From Candidatus Margulisiibacteriota bacterium (GTDB lineage: Bacteria; Margulisbacteria; WOR-1; O2-12-FULL-45-9; XYB2-FULL-48-7), in the NCBI GenBank assembly GCA_041661965.1, contig JBAZTH010000001.1:226710-290709 (forward strand): DNA of 64,000 nucleotides, in the 5' to 3' direction. Of this stretch, positions 28,867 to 37,944 are shown one piece after another; the stretch's first letter is position 1; the number at the start of each line of letters is the position of its first letter. The notes beneath the pieces are model-generated. The model did not search any database. It worked only from the letters and a program-made list of their open reading frames with translations, and was not told where the DNA came from. Made by a program: the position numbers and the translations under genes.

Positions 28867-28889
28867 ACATGTCAACGACGATTGACATG
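28867..28889. promoter_or_regulatory. Putative ArsR operator palindrome ACATGTCAA-n6-TTGACATG
   Basis: Inverted repeat 27 nt upstream of the arsR start, overlapping the divergent promoter region. Confidence 0.4.
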
Positions 28890-28982
28890 GGGAGGGTGTT
28901 TTCCTGTTGACAGCAGGGAAAAATTAAAGGATTGCATTTTCCAGATACTATGTTAAACTGGCCGCCAAAGGAGGTGAAATGA

Positions 28983-29777
28983 ATGAAGAAAGTAATCGTA
29001 TTTATTATTACAGCGGTGTTTATCGTCTCTGCCGCAGGCCTAGTCTTGGCCCAGCGTTCTCTGGAAGAAGAAAGGGACGCGGTCAGGGCCTACCTGAAAG
29101 TTGTTGACGCGAAGATCATCAATTACCGGAAGGCCGGCAACAAAAGTAAGGTTAGCCTCCTGCAGACCGAAAAACAGGCGACTTTGGCGCGCTGGTACAA
29201 ATTGAAAAATTTGATGGAAAAACCGGCGGTCGTTACACCGACTCCGCCCCCACCTGTTGTTGTTAATCAGCCTGCTCCGGTCGTGAATATTCCGCCACCG
29301 CCACCCGGGCTGTTTGGCATCGGGGTTCCCACGGCGTTGACCGGATTGTACATCAACACCGGTAAAGGAAATTATAGCGGCACAGGCGGCGTCAAAGGTG
29401 AGGTCATCTTGGATGATTTTACCGGTCTGGACAATCTGCTTGGGCTCTCCCCCAAGGCGATCAAATATAAGATCGGGGTTGGGGTAGTTTACGGTGGCGG
29501 GGGGATGAAGGGTATTCCTGTTTACGGTGGGGGGACAATCACCCTGCCGATGATGGGAGGGGTTGAGCCCTACCTGGTCGGCGGACTGAACTATGTCGTT
29601 TACGGAAACGGCAAGACGAGCGGCAAGATCGGCGGCGATGCCGGCATTGGGTTCAAAGTCGATTTCGGCTTTGGCCTCGGCAAAACCGGCCTCGAACTGG
29701 GTTGGGGTGTGGTCAGGTCCGATACCGTTACATCTAAAGGCTTTATGTTCTCCGTTTCTCAACCGATCATGTTGTAA
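28983..29777 (+). CDS. Secreted hypothetical protein with Pro-rich linker and Gly-rich C-terminal region
   Basis: Signal peptide, PTPPPPVVVNQPAPVVNIPPPPPG linker, Gly/Val/Tyr-rich beta-like C-terminus. Confidence 0.4.
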   Translation: MKKVIVFIITAVFIVSAAGLVLAQRSLEEERDAVRAYLKVVDAKIINYRKAGNKSKVSLLQTEKQATLARWYKLKNLMEKPAVVTPTPPPPVVVNQPAPVVNIPPPPPGLFGIGVPTALTGLYINTGKGNYSGTGGVKGEVILDDFTGLDNLLGLSPKAIKYKIGVGVVYGGGGMKGIPVYGGGTITLPMMGGVEPYLVGGLNYVVYGNGKTSGKIGGDAGIGFKVDFGFGLGKTGLELGWGVVRSDTVTSKGFMFSVSQPIML

Positions 29778-29823
29778 AAAGCGGGGGCCGTATCAGACGC
29801 GCGATCGGCCCCGCTTTTCTTGG
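29777..29823 (+). terminator. Rho-independent terminator
   Basis: AAAAGCGGGGGCCG-loop-CGGCCCCCGCTTTTCTT. Confidence 0.6.
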
Positions 29824-29836
29824 GAGTGAATTAACA

Positions 29837-30253
29837 ATGAAAATTAATGCCATGTTGATCGTTTTTTGTCTGCTTTTTTCTTCCTCGGTCTTTGCCCTTT
29901 CGCCGGCTGTTATAGGCGGGGTGCGGGGCGGAGTGGCGTTGGGGATGATGGCCGATGAGGAGGTCGGGCAGAAGGTCGGCTTAAGGTTCGGCGCCGAGGC
30001 CAACACGGGGAAAAAACCTCTCATTCTCTTTTTTGGCGGTAAATTCTATCTGACAAATATTTCCGGCCGCTATCCACTCTCCTTTGGTCTAGGTCTGGTT
30101 GTCTATTCCGGCGGTGACGGCAACGCCGCTTTCGGCCCGTCGGTCTCGCTCATTTTTGACCGGCCTTTCGACATCAGCCGGTTATTCTTTGAAGCGGGGA
30201 TCGATGTCGCCGACTCCGGCAAGCTCCAGCTCCAGGCCGGTTATAGGCTTTAG
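29837..30253 (+). CDS. Small secreted beta-rich protein (putative small OMP); paralog of 49509..49943
   Basis: Signal peptide. Shares AVIGGVRGG, FFGGK and LQ(A)GYRL-terminal blocks with the ORF at 49509. Confidence 0.4.
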   Translation: MKINAMLIVFCLLFSSSVFALSPAVIGGVRGGVALGMMADEEVGQKVGLRFGAEANTGKKPLILFFGGKFYLTNISGRYPLSFGLGLVVYSGGDGNAAFGPSVSLIFDRPFDISRLFFEAGIDVADSGKLQLQAGYRL

Positions 30254-30261
30254 CCGCTGGG

Positions 30262-31029
30262 TTAAAAGCCGAACAATCTTCTGGCGTTTTTGGTTGTGGC
30301 GATGGCGACGTCGGCGAGGGGGAGTCCTTTGATCTCGGCGATCTTTTCGGCGACCTTAACGACATACGCCGGTTCGTTCCTTTTGCCGCGGCTGACCTGC
30401 GGCGCCAGGAAGGGACAATCGGTCTCGATCAGAAGCCTCTCCAATGGGACCCGGGCGGCCGATTCTCTAATGATCGTCGCTTTCGGGTAAGTGATATTAG
30501 CGGTATAGCCTATGAAGAGCCCGGCTTCAAGAGCGGTTTGTTCCAACTGCGGATCACCGGCGAAACAGTGAAGGACCCCTTTAAGCTTCCCTTGGTTTTC
30601 CTCGCGGATGATCGTGATCGTCTCCTGGACCGCGTCACGGGAGTGAATGATCGCCGGGAGATCAAGCTCCTGCGCGAGCTGGAGCTGGCGGCGGAAAACC
30701 GCTTGCTGTTTCTCGGGCGGGGAGAGCTTGTAATGGTAGTCCAGCCCCATTTCACCGAACCCGACCAGCTTGTGTTCCTTGGCGTAGGCTAACAGGTCGG
30801 CTTCCGTCTGGTCGGTCCATTCGGAGGCTTCGTGGGGATGGATCCCGACGGCGGTGAAAACATAGCCGGGATAGTCGGCGGCGATCAGCTTGGCTTTCCG
30901 CCTGGCATCCGCGTCGAGGGCGATGTTGACGATCGCTTCCAGCCCGGCTTCTTTCGCCCGGGCGATGACTTCGCTGATATCGATGTCGAATTCCGGGAAG
31001 GTCAGGTGGGCGTGGGTGTCGATAAACAT
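30262..31029 (-). CDS. tatD: TatD-family metal-dependent hydrolase
   Basis: MFIDTHAHL N-terminus and conserved His/Glu/Asp positions. Confidence 0.85.
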   Translation of the reverse strand: MFIDTHAHLTFPEFDIDISEVIARAKEAGLEAIVNIALDADARRKAKLIAADYPGYVFTAVGIHPHEASEWTDQTEADLLAYAKEHKLVGFGEMGLDYHYKLSPPEKQQAVFRRQLQLAQELDLPAIIHSRDAVQETITIIREENQGKLKGVLHCFAGDPQLEQTALEAGLFIGYTANITYPKATIIRESAARVPLERLLIETDCPFLAPQVSRGKRNEPAYVVKVAEKIAEIKGLPLADVAIATTKNARRLFGF

Positions 31030-31931
31030 TATTCTTTGAAGGCGCCGATCAGTTCGCGGTAGTCGCCGAGCTCATGCTTTTTCAGGTAGTCGTTGATCTC
31101 TCCCCAAATCCGCAGGGGAGCGGCGGTGTCGACGAAGTTGGCGGTCCCGACTTCAATGGCCGAGGCGCCCGCCAGGAAAAACTCGACTGCGTCAGAGCCG
31201 GTCATGATCCCGCCGATCCCGATGACCGGGATCTTAACGGCGTGGCTTGCTTCATAGACCATCCGGACCGCGATCGGTCTGATCGCCGGGCCAGAGAGTC
31301 CGCCGGTTTTGCGGCCGATCCGGGAGCGCCGGGTCTCGATATCGATCGCCATGGCGACGACGGTGTTGATCAGGGAGATTGCGTTCGCGCCGGCGCTTTC
31401 CGCCGCTTTCGCGGTCAGAGTGATATCGGTAACATTAGGTGAGAGTTTGGCAATGACTGGCAGTGTTGTTGCTTTCCGGACAGCGGCAATCACTTCTTTC
31501 GTCGCGGCTGGGTCGATCCCGAAAGCCATGCCGCCTTTTTTGACGTTGGGACAGGAGATGTTTACTTCTAGTCCCTTGACCGTTTTTTCTTTGCTAAGCT
31601 GTTTGGCCAGTTCGGCGTATTCGTCGATGGTCTCGCCGGCGATGTTGACGATGACCGGGATCTCGAGCTTGGCCAGGAAGGGGATGGCGTTTTTTAAGAA
31701 AGCTTCCAGCCCTTCGTTCTGCAGGCCGATCGAGTTTATCATCCCGGAAGGGGTTTCGACTATCCGGGGCGGGGGATTTCCTTCTTTGGCTTTCAGAGTG
31801 ACGCTTTTGGTGATGATCCCGCCTAGCTTATTTAGGTCGAGATAATCGGCGAATTCTTTCCCGTAGCCAAAGGTCCCGGAGGCGACCAGGATCGGGTTTT
31901 TCAGCTTTATGCCTGCGAGATCAGTGTTCAT
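31029..31931 (-). CDS. pyrD: Dihydroorotate dehydrogenase catalytic subunit (class 1B)
   Basis: NPILVASGTFGYG and the FMN-binding region. Start placed at MNTDLAGIKL. Confidence 0.85.
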   Translation of the reverse strand: MNTDLAGIKLKNPILVASGTFGYGKEFADYLDLNKLGGIITKSVTLKAKEGNPPPRIVETPSGMINSIGLQNEGLEAFLKNAIPFLAKLEIPVIVNIAGETIDEYAELAKQLSKEKTVKGLEVNISCPNVKKGGMAFGIDPAATKEVIAAVRKATTLPVIAKLSPNVTDITLTAKAAESAGANAISLINTVVAMAIDIETRRSRIGRKTGGLSGPAIRPIAVRMVYEASHAVKIPVIGIGGIMTGSDAVEFFLAGASAIEVGTANFVDTAAPLRIWGEINDYLKKHELGDYRELIGAFKE

Positions 31932-31977
31932 ATAACCCTCACCCCAGTTTGATTTTGATAACAGTTGGTGCTTACTA

Positions 31978-32047
31978 CCCTCTCCCAGGGGGAGAGGGAG
32001 TGGTTCTTTTCCGGTAAGCAATAAGTCCCTCTCCCTTTGGGAGAGGG
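31978..32047. repeat. Two tandem hairpins with identical 9-bp stems (CCCTCTCCC-n3-GGGAGAGGG) in the pyrK-pyrD spacer
   Basis: Copies at 31978-31998 (loop AGG) and 32027-32047 (loop TTT), separated by 28 nt. Confidence 0.5.
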
Positions 32048-32100
32048 CTGAAAAGTATAACTAAGCAAGTGGCTCGAGCTTGGGTGAGGGTTATTAATGC

Positions 32101-32895
32101 TTACCATGATATCTCCTTAGCGTCGAAGACCGGTCCGTCTTTGCAAACCATCTTGTAGCCGCTGCGGGTCGCGACGGCACAGCCGAGACAGGCGCCGATC
32201 CCGCAGGCCATCTTTTCTTCCATGGAGACCTGGCAGTCGATCTGCCGCTCCTGGGCGATCTCGGCGACCGCTTTAAGCATCCCCTTCGGGCCGCAGGCGT
32301 AGATCGCCGTTTCCGGATAGTGGCGCGTCTCCAGCGTGTTGTTTAGCAGGTTGAGGAGGAGGTCGGAGACGTAACCTTTGCGGCCATAACTTCCGTCGTC
32401 GGTGGCGATGACTTTTTCATTGGCCAGGTCGGCGAAGTCGGTTTCGCAGAGGAGAGAGCTTTTATCGCGGGCGCCGGCCAGGGCGTAGACCGCCCGTCCG
32501 CCGAGTGTTTTTAATTGTTGGGCGAGGGAGAGGAGTGGGGCGACCCCCATCCCGCCGCCGACCAGGACGGCGATCTTTTTCTCCGGGTCGAGCTTAAAGC
32601 CGCTGCCGAGCGGCCCCAGGATATCGAGCTTGGCGCCGACGGTGACTTTGGAGAGGAGTTCTGTCCCCTGGCCGAGGACTTCGTAAAGAAGTTCAAAGGT
32701 CTGGTGTTCCCGGTTGATCTTGTGGAGGCTGATCGGCCGTCGCAGCAGCGGTTCAGTCCCGCTATCAACCCGGACATTGACGAATTGGCCCGGTTCGGCG
32801 TTAGTGGTTATGTATAGGGATTTGATCGTCAGCTTGTAATATCGAGGGCCAACTTGCTTATGGTCGAGGACTTGGCACTGTTCTTGTGTCGCCAT
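32101..32895 (-). CDS. pyrK: Dihydroorotate dehydrogenase electron-transfer subunit (FAD/2Fe-2S)
   Basis: FNR-like fold with a C-terminal CGIGACLGC cluster motif. Confidence 0.85.
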   Translation of the reverse strand: MATQEQCQVLDHKQVGPRYYKLTIKSLYITTNAEPGQFVNVRVDSGTEPLLRRPISLHKINREHQTFELLYEVLGQGTELLSKVTVGAKLDILGPLGSGFKLDPEKKIAVLVGGGMGVAPLLSLAQQLKTLGGRAVYALAGARDKSSLLCETDFADLANEKVIATDDGSYGRKGYVSDLLLNLLNNTLETRHYPETAIYACGPKGMLKAVAEIAQERQIDCQVSMEEKMACGIGACLGCAVATRSGYKMVCKDGPVFDAKEISW

Positions 32896-32943
32896 TACTA
32901 TTATTATAGCAAAAAAGTAGCGACAGAGGTAGCTGTTTTGTGT

Positions 32944-33110
32944 GCCAGGAAACCGGCGAATAAACTTCGCGGTTTCCTGGCAAAAGGAGAGAATAAACGG
33001 TAACCGCGACGTTTAGTCGCAGGTTACCGTTAGCAATGAATGGCTTTCCTGGCATTATTTTGCTAAAATAACTTTTAACCGCTGAATTTATTCGCGGGAT
33101 ATGGAGGAAA
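32944..33110 (+). promoter_or_regulatory. Structured 5-prime leader of trpB2: hairpin A', AAAAGGAGAG, hairpin B, an 11-codon mini-ORF, then segments complementary to hairpin A'
   Basis: Hairpin A' at 32944-32981 (GCCAGGAAACC...GGTTTCCTGGC with inner GCGAA/TTCGC). Hairpin B at 32998-33029. Mini-ORF MNGFPGIILLK at 33036-33071. GGCTTTCCTGGCA at 33042-33054 and TTTATTCGCGG at 33085-33097 can pair back with hairpin A' 5-prime sequences. Confidence 0.45.
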
Positions 33111-33114
33111 TCCG

Positions 33115-34464
33115 ATGACAGATAGAAAGATCCTACTAAGTGAAAAAGATATCCCGACACGCTGGTACAACATTGCTCCTGATCTAAAAACCCCATTAGC
33201 GCCGCCTCTCCATCCCGGAACTCATCAGCCGCTGGGACCGCAGGATTTGGCGCCGCTTTTTCCGATGGAGATCATCAAGCAGGAAGTTTCCATGGATCCC
33301 TGGATCGATATTCCGCAAGAAGTTCTCGATATCCTCAAGATTTGGCGGCCGACGCCGCTGGTTCGGGCTTTGAGCCTGGAAAAAGCGTTGGGGACCAAAG
33401 CCAGAATCTATTACAAAAACGAAAGCGTCTCCCCGGCCGGTTCGCATAAGACCAATACTTCGGTCGCGCAGGCTTATTACAACAAAAAAGAGGGGGTCAA
33501 ACGGATCGCCACCGAGACTGGCGCCGGTCAGTGGGGCTCGGCCCTTTCCTTTGCTTGCGCTCTTTTTAATATTGAATGTCAGGTTTATATGGTCCGGGTC
33601 AGTTACGACCAGAAACCTTACCGCCGACTGTTAATGCAGACCTGGGGTGGGAAGGTTGTCGCTTCGCCCAGCAATTTAACGGAATACGGCCGGTCGGTCC
33701 TGGCCAAAGACCCGGATAATAAGGGGAGCTTAGGGCTGGCGATCTCCGAAGCGGTCGAGGATACGGTGAAGCATGATGATACCAAATACTCGCTCGGATC
33801 GGTCTTAAATCATGTGCTACTTCACCAGACGATCATCGGCCTGGAAGCGATCGAGCAGTTGAAGTCGATCGGTGAGAAAATGCCGGATGTGGTCATTGGC
33901 TGCGTTGGCGGCGGGAGCAACTTTGGCGGGATCGCTTTCCCATTCCTTAAGGACAAGCTGAAGGGGAAGACCAACCCGAAAGCGATCGCGGTTGAGCCGA
34001 TGTGTTGCCCGACCTTGACCAAAGGGGAGTTCCGCTACGACTATGGCGATACCGCCGGGATGGCGCCGATCGTTCAGATGTACACTTTAGGCCATGATTT
34101 TATGCCTCCCGGTATCCACGCGGGCGGTTTGCGTTACCACGGGATGTCGCCGTTGGTCAGCAATCTAGCGAAAGATAAAGTTATTGAAGCCCGGGCTTAC
34201 CATCAAACCGAATGTTTTGCTTCAGCCGTTCTTTTTGCCCGGACCGAAGGGATCTTGCCGGCGCCGGAAAGCTCCCACGCTATTCATTGCGCGGTCGACG
34301 AAGCGAAGAAGGCGAAAGAAGGGGATGTGATCATTTTCAATTTGAGCGGTCATGGTCATTTTGACTTAACGTCTTACGATTCTTATTTGTCCGGCAAACT
34401 GGAAGATTACGAATATCCGGTCGAGCTGGTCAAAGAAGCGCTGAAAAAAGTACCTAAGATTTAA
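33115..34464 (+). CDS. trpB2: Tryptophan synthase beta-like protein, TrpB2 clade
   Basis: PLP-lysine context (PAGSHKTN) and a long N-terminal extension typical of TrpB2. No trpA nearby. Confidence 0.8.
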   Translation: MTDRKILLSEKDIPTRWYNIAPDLKTPLAPPLHPGTHQPLGPQDLAPLFPMEIIKQEVSMDPWIDIPQEVLDILKIWRPTPLVRALSLEKALGTKARIYYKNESVSPAGSHKTNTSVAQAYYNKKEGVKRIATETGAGQWGSALSFACALFNIECQVYMVRVSYDQKPYRRLLMQTWGGKVVASPSNLTEYGRSVLAKDPDNKGSLGLAISEAVEDTVKHDDTKYSLGSVLNHVLLHQTIIGLEAIEQLKSIGEKMPDVVIGCVGGGSNFGGIAFPFLKDKLKGKTNPKAIAVEPMCCPTLTKGEFRYDYGDTAGMAPIVQMYTLGHDFMPPGIHAGGLRYHGMSPLVSNLAKDKVIEARAYHQTECFASAVLFARTEGILPAPESSHAIHCAVDEAKKAKEGDVIIFNLSGHGHFDLTSYDSYLSGKLEDYEYPVELVKEALKKVPKI

Positions 34465-34466
34465 AA

Positions 34467-34540
34467 TGGAGCCGAGGGGGATCGAACCCCTGACCTCTAG
34501 AATGCAAATCTAGCGTTCTCCCAGCTGAACTACGGCCCCA
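34467..34540 (-). tRNA. tRNA-Cys (GCA)
   Basis: Reverse complement folds as a cloverleaf: acceptor GGGGCCG/CGGCTCC, D-arm TAGTTCAGCTGGGAGAACG, anticodon stem CTAGA/TCTAG with loop TTTGCAT, T-arm GGGGTTCGATCCCC. CCA is not encoded. Confidence 0.85.
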
Positions 34541-34560
34541 TATTAAAATTAAAAAGATCG

Positions 34561-34682
34561 AACTTTTCGAATTGATCTAAACATTCTCCCAGTCCCGACG
34601 ATCCACCGCAGGTGGATGTCGGGATCCCGATGATTCCATAATTATTAAAAATAATGATCATCGGGACTGAACTACGGCCCCA
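34561..34682 (-). pseudogene. Degenerate second tRNA-Cys copy with two palindromic insertions in the D-loop
   Basis: Reverse complement reads GGGGCCGTAGTTCAG, then [TCCCGATGAT...ATCATCGGGA], then [TCCCGACATCCACC-tgc-GGTGGATcGTCGGGA], then CTGGGAGAA, followed by a degenerated anticodon/T region (..AGTTCGATC). Confidence 0.4.
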
Positions 34683-34748
34683 TTTGAGAATTGATTATAG
34701 CTTATTTTTAGAGTCAGAGGCAAGAATGGTGGCGAATCCAACCATTTA

Positions 34749-35771
34749 TTATCTTTCCACGATCGGGATTTCCTGGGCGGTAGAATAGAGCGTTGCCAGT
34801 CGGGAATAGAGCTCGGAGATCGGCGGCCGGGCTTCCGGTTTCTTATTAGTTGCCACCGCGATCGCTTTTCCCAACCCTTCATGTAATAAGTTGAGCTCGT
34901 CGCTATACCTCTCTCGGTTTTTTGGGGCCAAATGCCTGGCGATCGCTTCCTTTTTTAAAGGTGGAATTTCCCAAGCCAGTTGGCGGCGGCGGATTTCTCC
35001 TGGTTCACAGCAATTATCAGGCGTAAAAGGGTTTTTTCTGGCTAAAAGCTCGTGGAGGACGATCCCCCAGGAATAAATATCACTGCTTGGAAAGATCCTG
35101 CCGTTTTTAATCTGTTCCGGAGACATATACCCCGGCGTTCCGGCGATCATTCCCGCGTTTTCACTGAAGCCGATCGGGCAGACCAGGCCGAAATCAAACA
35201 TCCGTAGGCCGGTAAGATTGTTGATCAGGTTGGTTGGTTTAACGTCCCGATGGACGACCTCGGCCTGCTGATGGAGCTTTTCCAGCCCGTAAAGGACCTG
35301 CATGCCGATCTCGATTATCTCGTGTAATGAAAAGAGCTTCCCGCCATCAACTAGGGCGGCCAGGGTGTATCCGGCGATCATTTCCATGGCGATGTACCTG
35401 GTCCCGTGGAAAGTGCTGTATTCAACAAAATGCGGGAAGATCGGGTCGATCTGTCTTCTTAAAATGTCGGCCTCGCGGTCAAAGAACGGGAAGATCGATT
35501 CGGTGATCGTTGTCTTAAGGGCCAAGGGGGTGGGATCATGCCGGTCGGTCGCTTCAAAGATGGTCGTGTAAGTTGTTGCGGCCCGGACCGCGGTCAAATA
35601 GAAGCGGTCGCTGATGGTTAGTCCAGGAGCGAAGCAGGTCGGTATTTTTTGGTTGCTGATATGCTGCGGTTCCGTGCTGGGGAGTTCGTCGTCCCCGGCT
35701 AAACGCGGTTTTTTTATCGCCAGGAAATTAAGATTGCTTAATTTTCGGTGCGGGGGTTTGATCGGCTCCAC
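34749..35771 (-). CDS. Hanks-type Ser/Thr protein kinase
   Basis: HRDVKPTN catalytic loop, DFG and GTPGYMSPE activation segment. Confidence 0.8.
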   Translation of the reverse strand: MEPIKPPHRKLSNLNFLAIKKPRLAGDDELPSTEPQHISNQKIPTCFAPGLTISDRFYLTAVRAATTYTTIFEATDRHDPTPLALKTTITESIFPFFDREADILRRQIDPIFPHFVEYSTFHGTRYIAMEMIAGYTLAALVDGGKLFSLHEIIEIGMQVLYGLEKLHQQAEVVHRDVKPTNLINNLTGLRMFDFGLVCPIGFSENAGMIAGTPGYMSPEQIKNGRIFPSSDIYSWGIVLHELLARKNPFTPDNCCEPGEIRRRQLAWEIPPLKKEAIARHLAPKNRERYSDELNLLHEGLGKAIAVATNKKPEARPPISELYSRLATLYSTAQEIPIVER

Positions 35772-35773
35772 AT

Positions 35774-37576
35774 TTAATCTTTCTTATGCCGGTCCCGCTC
35801 GTTTTCGGTGAGATATTTTTTTCGCAAGCGGATGTGTTTCGGCGTAATTTCCACCAGTTCGTCGTCATCAATGAACTCGAGCGCTTGTTCCAGCGTCAGG
35901 ATGATCGGCGGGGTCAGCCGGATTGCTTCGTCGGCGCTGGCCGCCCGGATGTTGGTCTGTTTTTTCTCTTTGCACGGATTGACCGTCATGTCCATCGCGC
36001 GGGAATTTTCCCCGATGATCATTCCTTCGTACACTTCGATCCCGGGACTTAGGAAAAGTTTGGCGCGCGCTTGTAAGTTGTCGAGGGCGTAAGAAGCGGT
36101 CTTGCCGGTGTTGCCGGAGATCAGCACCCCATTCTGCCGCTTGGAAATTTCACCTTTGAAACGTTCGTATTTGGCGAAAGCGTGGTTCAGGATCCCTTCG
36201 CCTTTGGTGTCCATGATGAACTCGGCCCGGAAGCCGAGGAGCCCGCGGGTCGGGACCATGTAGGTCAGGGTGGTTGTCCCGTTCTTGTTCGACATGTCGA
36301 GCATTTCCCCCCGGCGTTTGCCGAGTTTTTCAATTACCGCGCCGGCATGCTGTTCCGGGACCGCAACGATCGCTTGTTCAATCGGTTCCATCTTTTCGTT
36401 GTTGATGGTTTTGAAGATTACTTTCGGCTGGGAGACCTGGATCTCGTAGCTTTCCCGCCGCATCTCTTCCAGCAGGATCGAAAGATGGAGCTCGCCGCGG
36501 CCGGAAACCTTGAACCCTTCGCCGTTCTCGAGCGGTTCGAGCCGCAGGCCGACATTAGTTTCCAGTTCCCGTTCCAGCCGTTCCTTGATCTGGCGGGTGG
36601 TGACGTATTTTCCTTCCCGGCCGGCAAAAGGAGAGTTATTGACGATGAATTCCATCGTCATGGTCGGTTCGTCGATGACCAGCAGCGGCAGGGGCTGGGG
36701 ATTATCGGCGGTCGAGATCGTTTCGCCAATCGTGATATCGGGCATTCCGGCGACGGAGACGATATCGCCGCAGTCGGCTTCGTCGACTTCGATTTGCTTA
36801 AGCCCTTCGAAAATATTTAGTTTAGCGATCTTACCCGGCTTGACCGTGCCATCCCGTTTACAGACGACGATATTAGCCCCTTTATTGAGCTTGCCGCTTA
36901 AAACCCGGCCGATGGCGATCCGGCCGACGTAATCGTCATAAGCCAGATTGGTAACCTGCATCTGAAGCGGTTCGGCGCTCTTGTCAGGGTAGGGCTTAAC
37001 GTGTTTAAGGATGGTTTCAAAAAGCGGAGTCAGGTCGGCGCTCTTATCTTCCAGGTTGTATTTAGCCAACCCTTCGCGGGAGATAGTATAGACGATCGGG
37101 AAGTCGAGCTGTTCGTCGGTCGCGTCGAGCTTGACGAAGAGATCAAAAATATCGTCAACGACCTTATGCGCCTGGTGCCCCTTTTTATCGATTTTGTTAA
37201 TGATGACGATCGGCCGCAGACCGAGCTTCAGCGATTTGGAAAGGACGAACTTGGTCTGGGGCATGGGGCCTTCGCGGGCGTCGACCAGGAGCAAGACGCT
37301 GTCGACCATCTTCAGGACCCGTTCGACTTCGGAACCGAAGTCGGCGTGGCCGGGAGTGTCGACGATGTTGATTTTAAAATCTTTGTAGTGGATCGAGCAA
37401 TTTTTGGAAAAAATGGTGATTCCGCGCTCTTTTTCGAGATCGTTGGAATCCATGACGAGCTCGGTCACCACGTCCCGTTCGCCGTACGCTCCTCCCTGGC
37501 GGAGCAAGTGGTCGGTCAACGTCGTTTTGCCGTGATCGACGTGAGCAATGATCGCGATATTAATTATTTTTCTCAT
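35774..37576 (-). CDS. typA: Translational GTPase TypA/BipA
   Basis: [10 protein letters not shown]1 motif, DTPGHADF and EF-G-like domain order. Confidence 0.9.
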   Translation of the reverse strand: MRKIINIAIIAHVDHGKTTLTDHLLRQGGAYGERDVVTELVMDSNDLEKERGITIFSKNCSIHYKDFKINIVDTPGHADFGSEVERVLKMVDSVLLLVDAREGPMPQTKFVLSKSLKLGLRPIVIINKIDKKGHQAHKVVDDIFDLFVKLDATDEQLDFPIVYTISREGLAKYNLEDKSADLTPLFETILKHVKPYPDKSAEPLQMQVTNLAYDDYVGRIAIGRVLSGKLNKGANIVVCKRDGTVKPGKIAKLNIFEGLKQIEVDEADCGDIVSVAGMPDITIGETISTADNPQPLPLLVIDEPTMTMEFIVNNSPFAGREGKYVTTRQIKERLERELETNVGLRLEPLENGEGFKVSGRGELHLSILLEEMRRESYEIQVSQPKVIFKTINNEKMEPIEQAIVAVPEQHAGAVIEKLGKRRGEMLDMSNKNGTTTLTYMVPTRGLLGFRAEFIMDTKGEGILNHAFAKYERFKGEISKRQNGVLISGNTGKTASYALDNLQARAKLFLSPGIEVYEGMIIGENSRAMDMTVNPCKEKKQTNIRAASADEAIRLTPPIILTLEQALEFIDDDELVEITPKHIRLRKKYLTENERDRHKKD

Positions 37577-37672
37577 TATTACTCTATTATAGCAGATTGA
37601 TTGCCGGGGTCGTGATGTGGAATCCGACGAAAGCGGATGAACATCTCTTATCTATCGGGCCGGCGCGAAGTT

Positions 37673-37707
37673 AATTTCACTCAATTATTTACAATTTGGA
37701 GTATAAT
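37673..37707 (+). promoter_or_regulatory. feoAB promoter region: shared motif AATTTCACnnnATTATTTACAATTT followed by TATAAT (37702-37707)
   Basis: Near-identical to 3129-3153 upstream of pepO. The feoA ATG is only 7 nt past the -10, so the transcript may be leaderless. Confidence 0.4.
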
Positions 37708-37713
37708 TAAAGC

Positions 37714-37944
37714 ATGTTGTTGCCTTTAACTAAAATGAAGAATGGGGAAGAGGGGTATGTTCAGGAGATAACCGGCGGGGATGAGTTGAAAAACCGTCTG
37801 GCCGCGCTTGGTTTACGGATCAGTCTGAAAGTCGCTAAAGTCAGCGGCCTGTTCCTCGGTCCGATCACCGTCCGGGTCGGCCAGACCCAGATCGCTATCG
37901 GCCACGGGATGGCGGGCAAGATAATCCTGGAGGTTCAGCGGTGA
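37714..37944 (+). CDS. feoA: Ferrous iron transport protein A
   Basis: 76-aa SH3-like FeoA protein (G..G.V..I.G...RL..LGL). Confidence 0.8.
   Translation: MLLPLTKMKNGEEGYVQEITGGDELKNRLAALGLRISLKVAKVSGLFLGPITVRVGQTQIAIGHGMAGKIILEVQR

Noticed and set aside
32944-33110. T-box riboswitch upstream of trpB2
   Set aside because: GGTAACCGCG and CCGTTA superficially resemble T-box and F-box sequences. But the order of elements is wrong, there is no specifier-loop/antiterminator-terminator pair with a U-tract, and the same module occurs inside the rnf operon where a tRNA-sensing leader makes no sense.
34467-34690. Integrated mobile element at tRNA-Cys (attL/attR)
   Set aside because: The partial tRNA copy is only 45 nt from the intact gene with no cargo between them. 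It duplicates the 5-prime, not 3-prime, portion. This is a local duplication or insertion scar rather than an occupied integration site.
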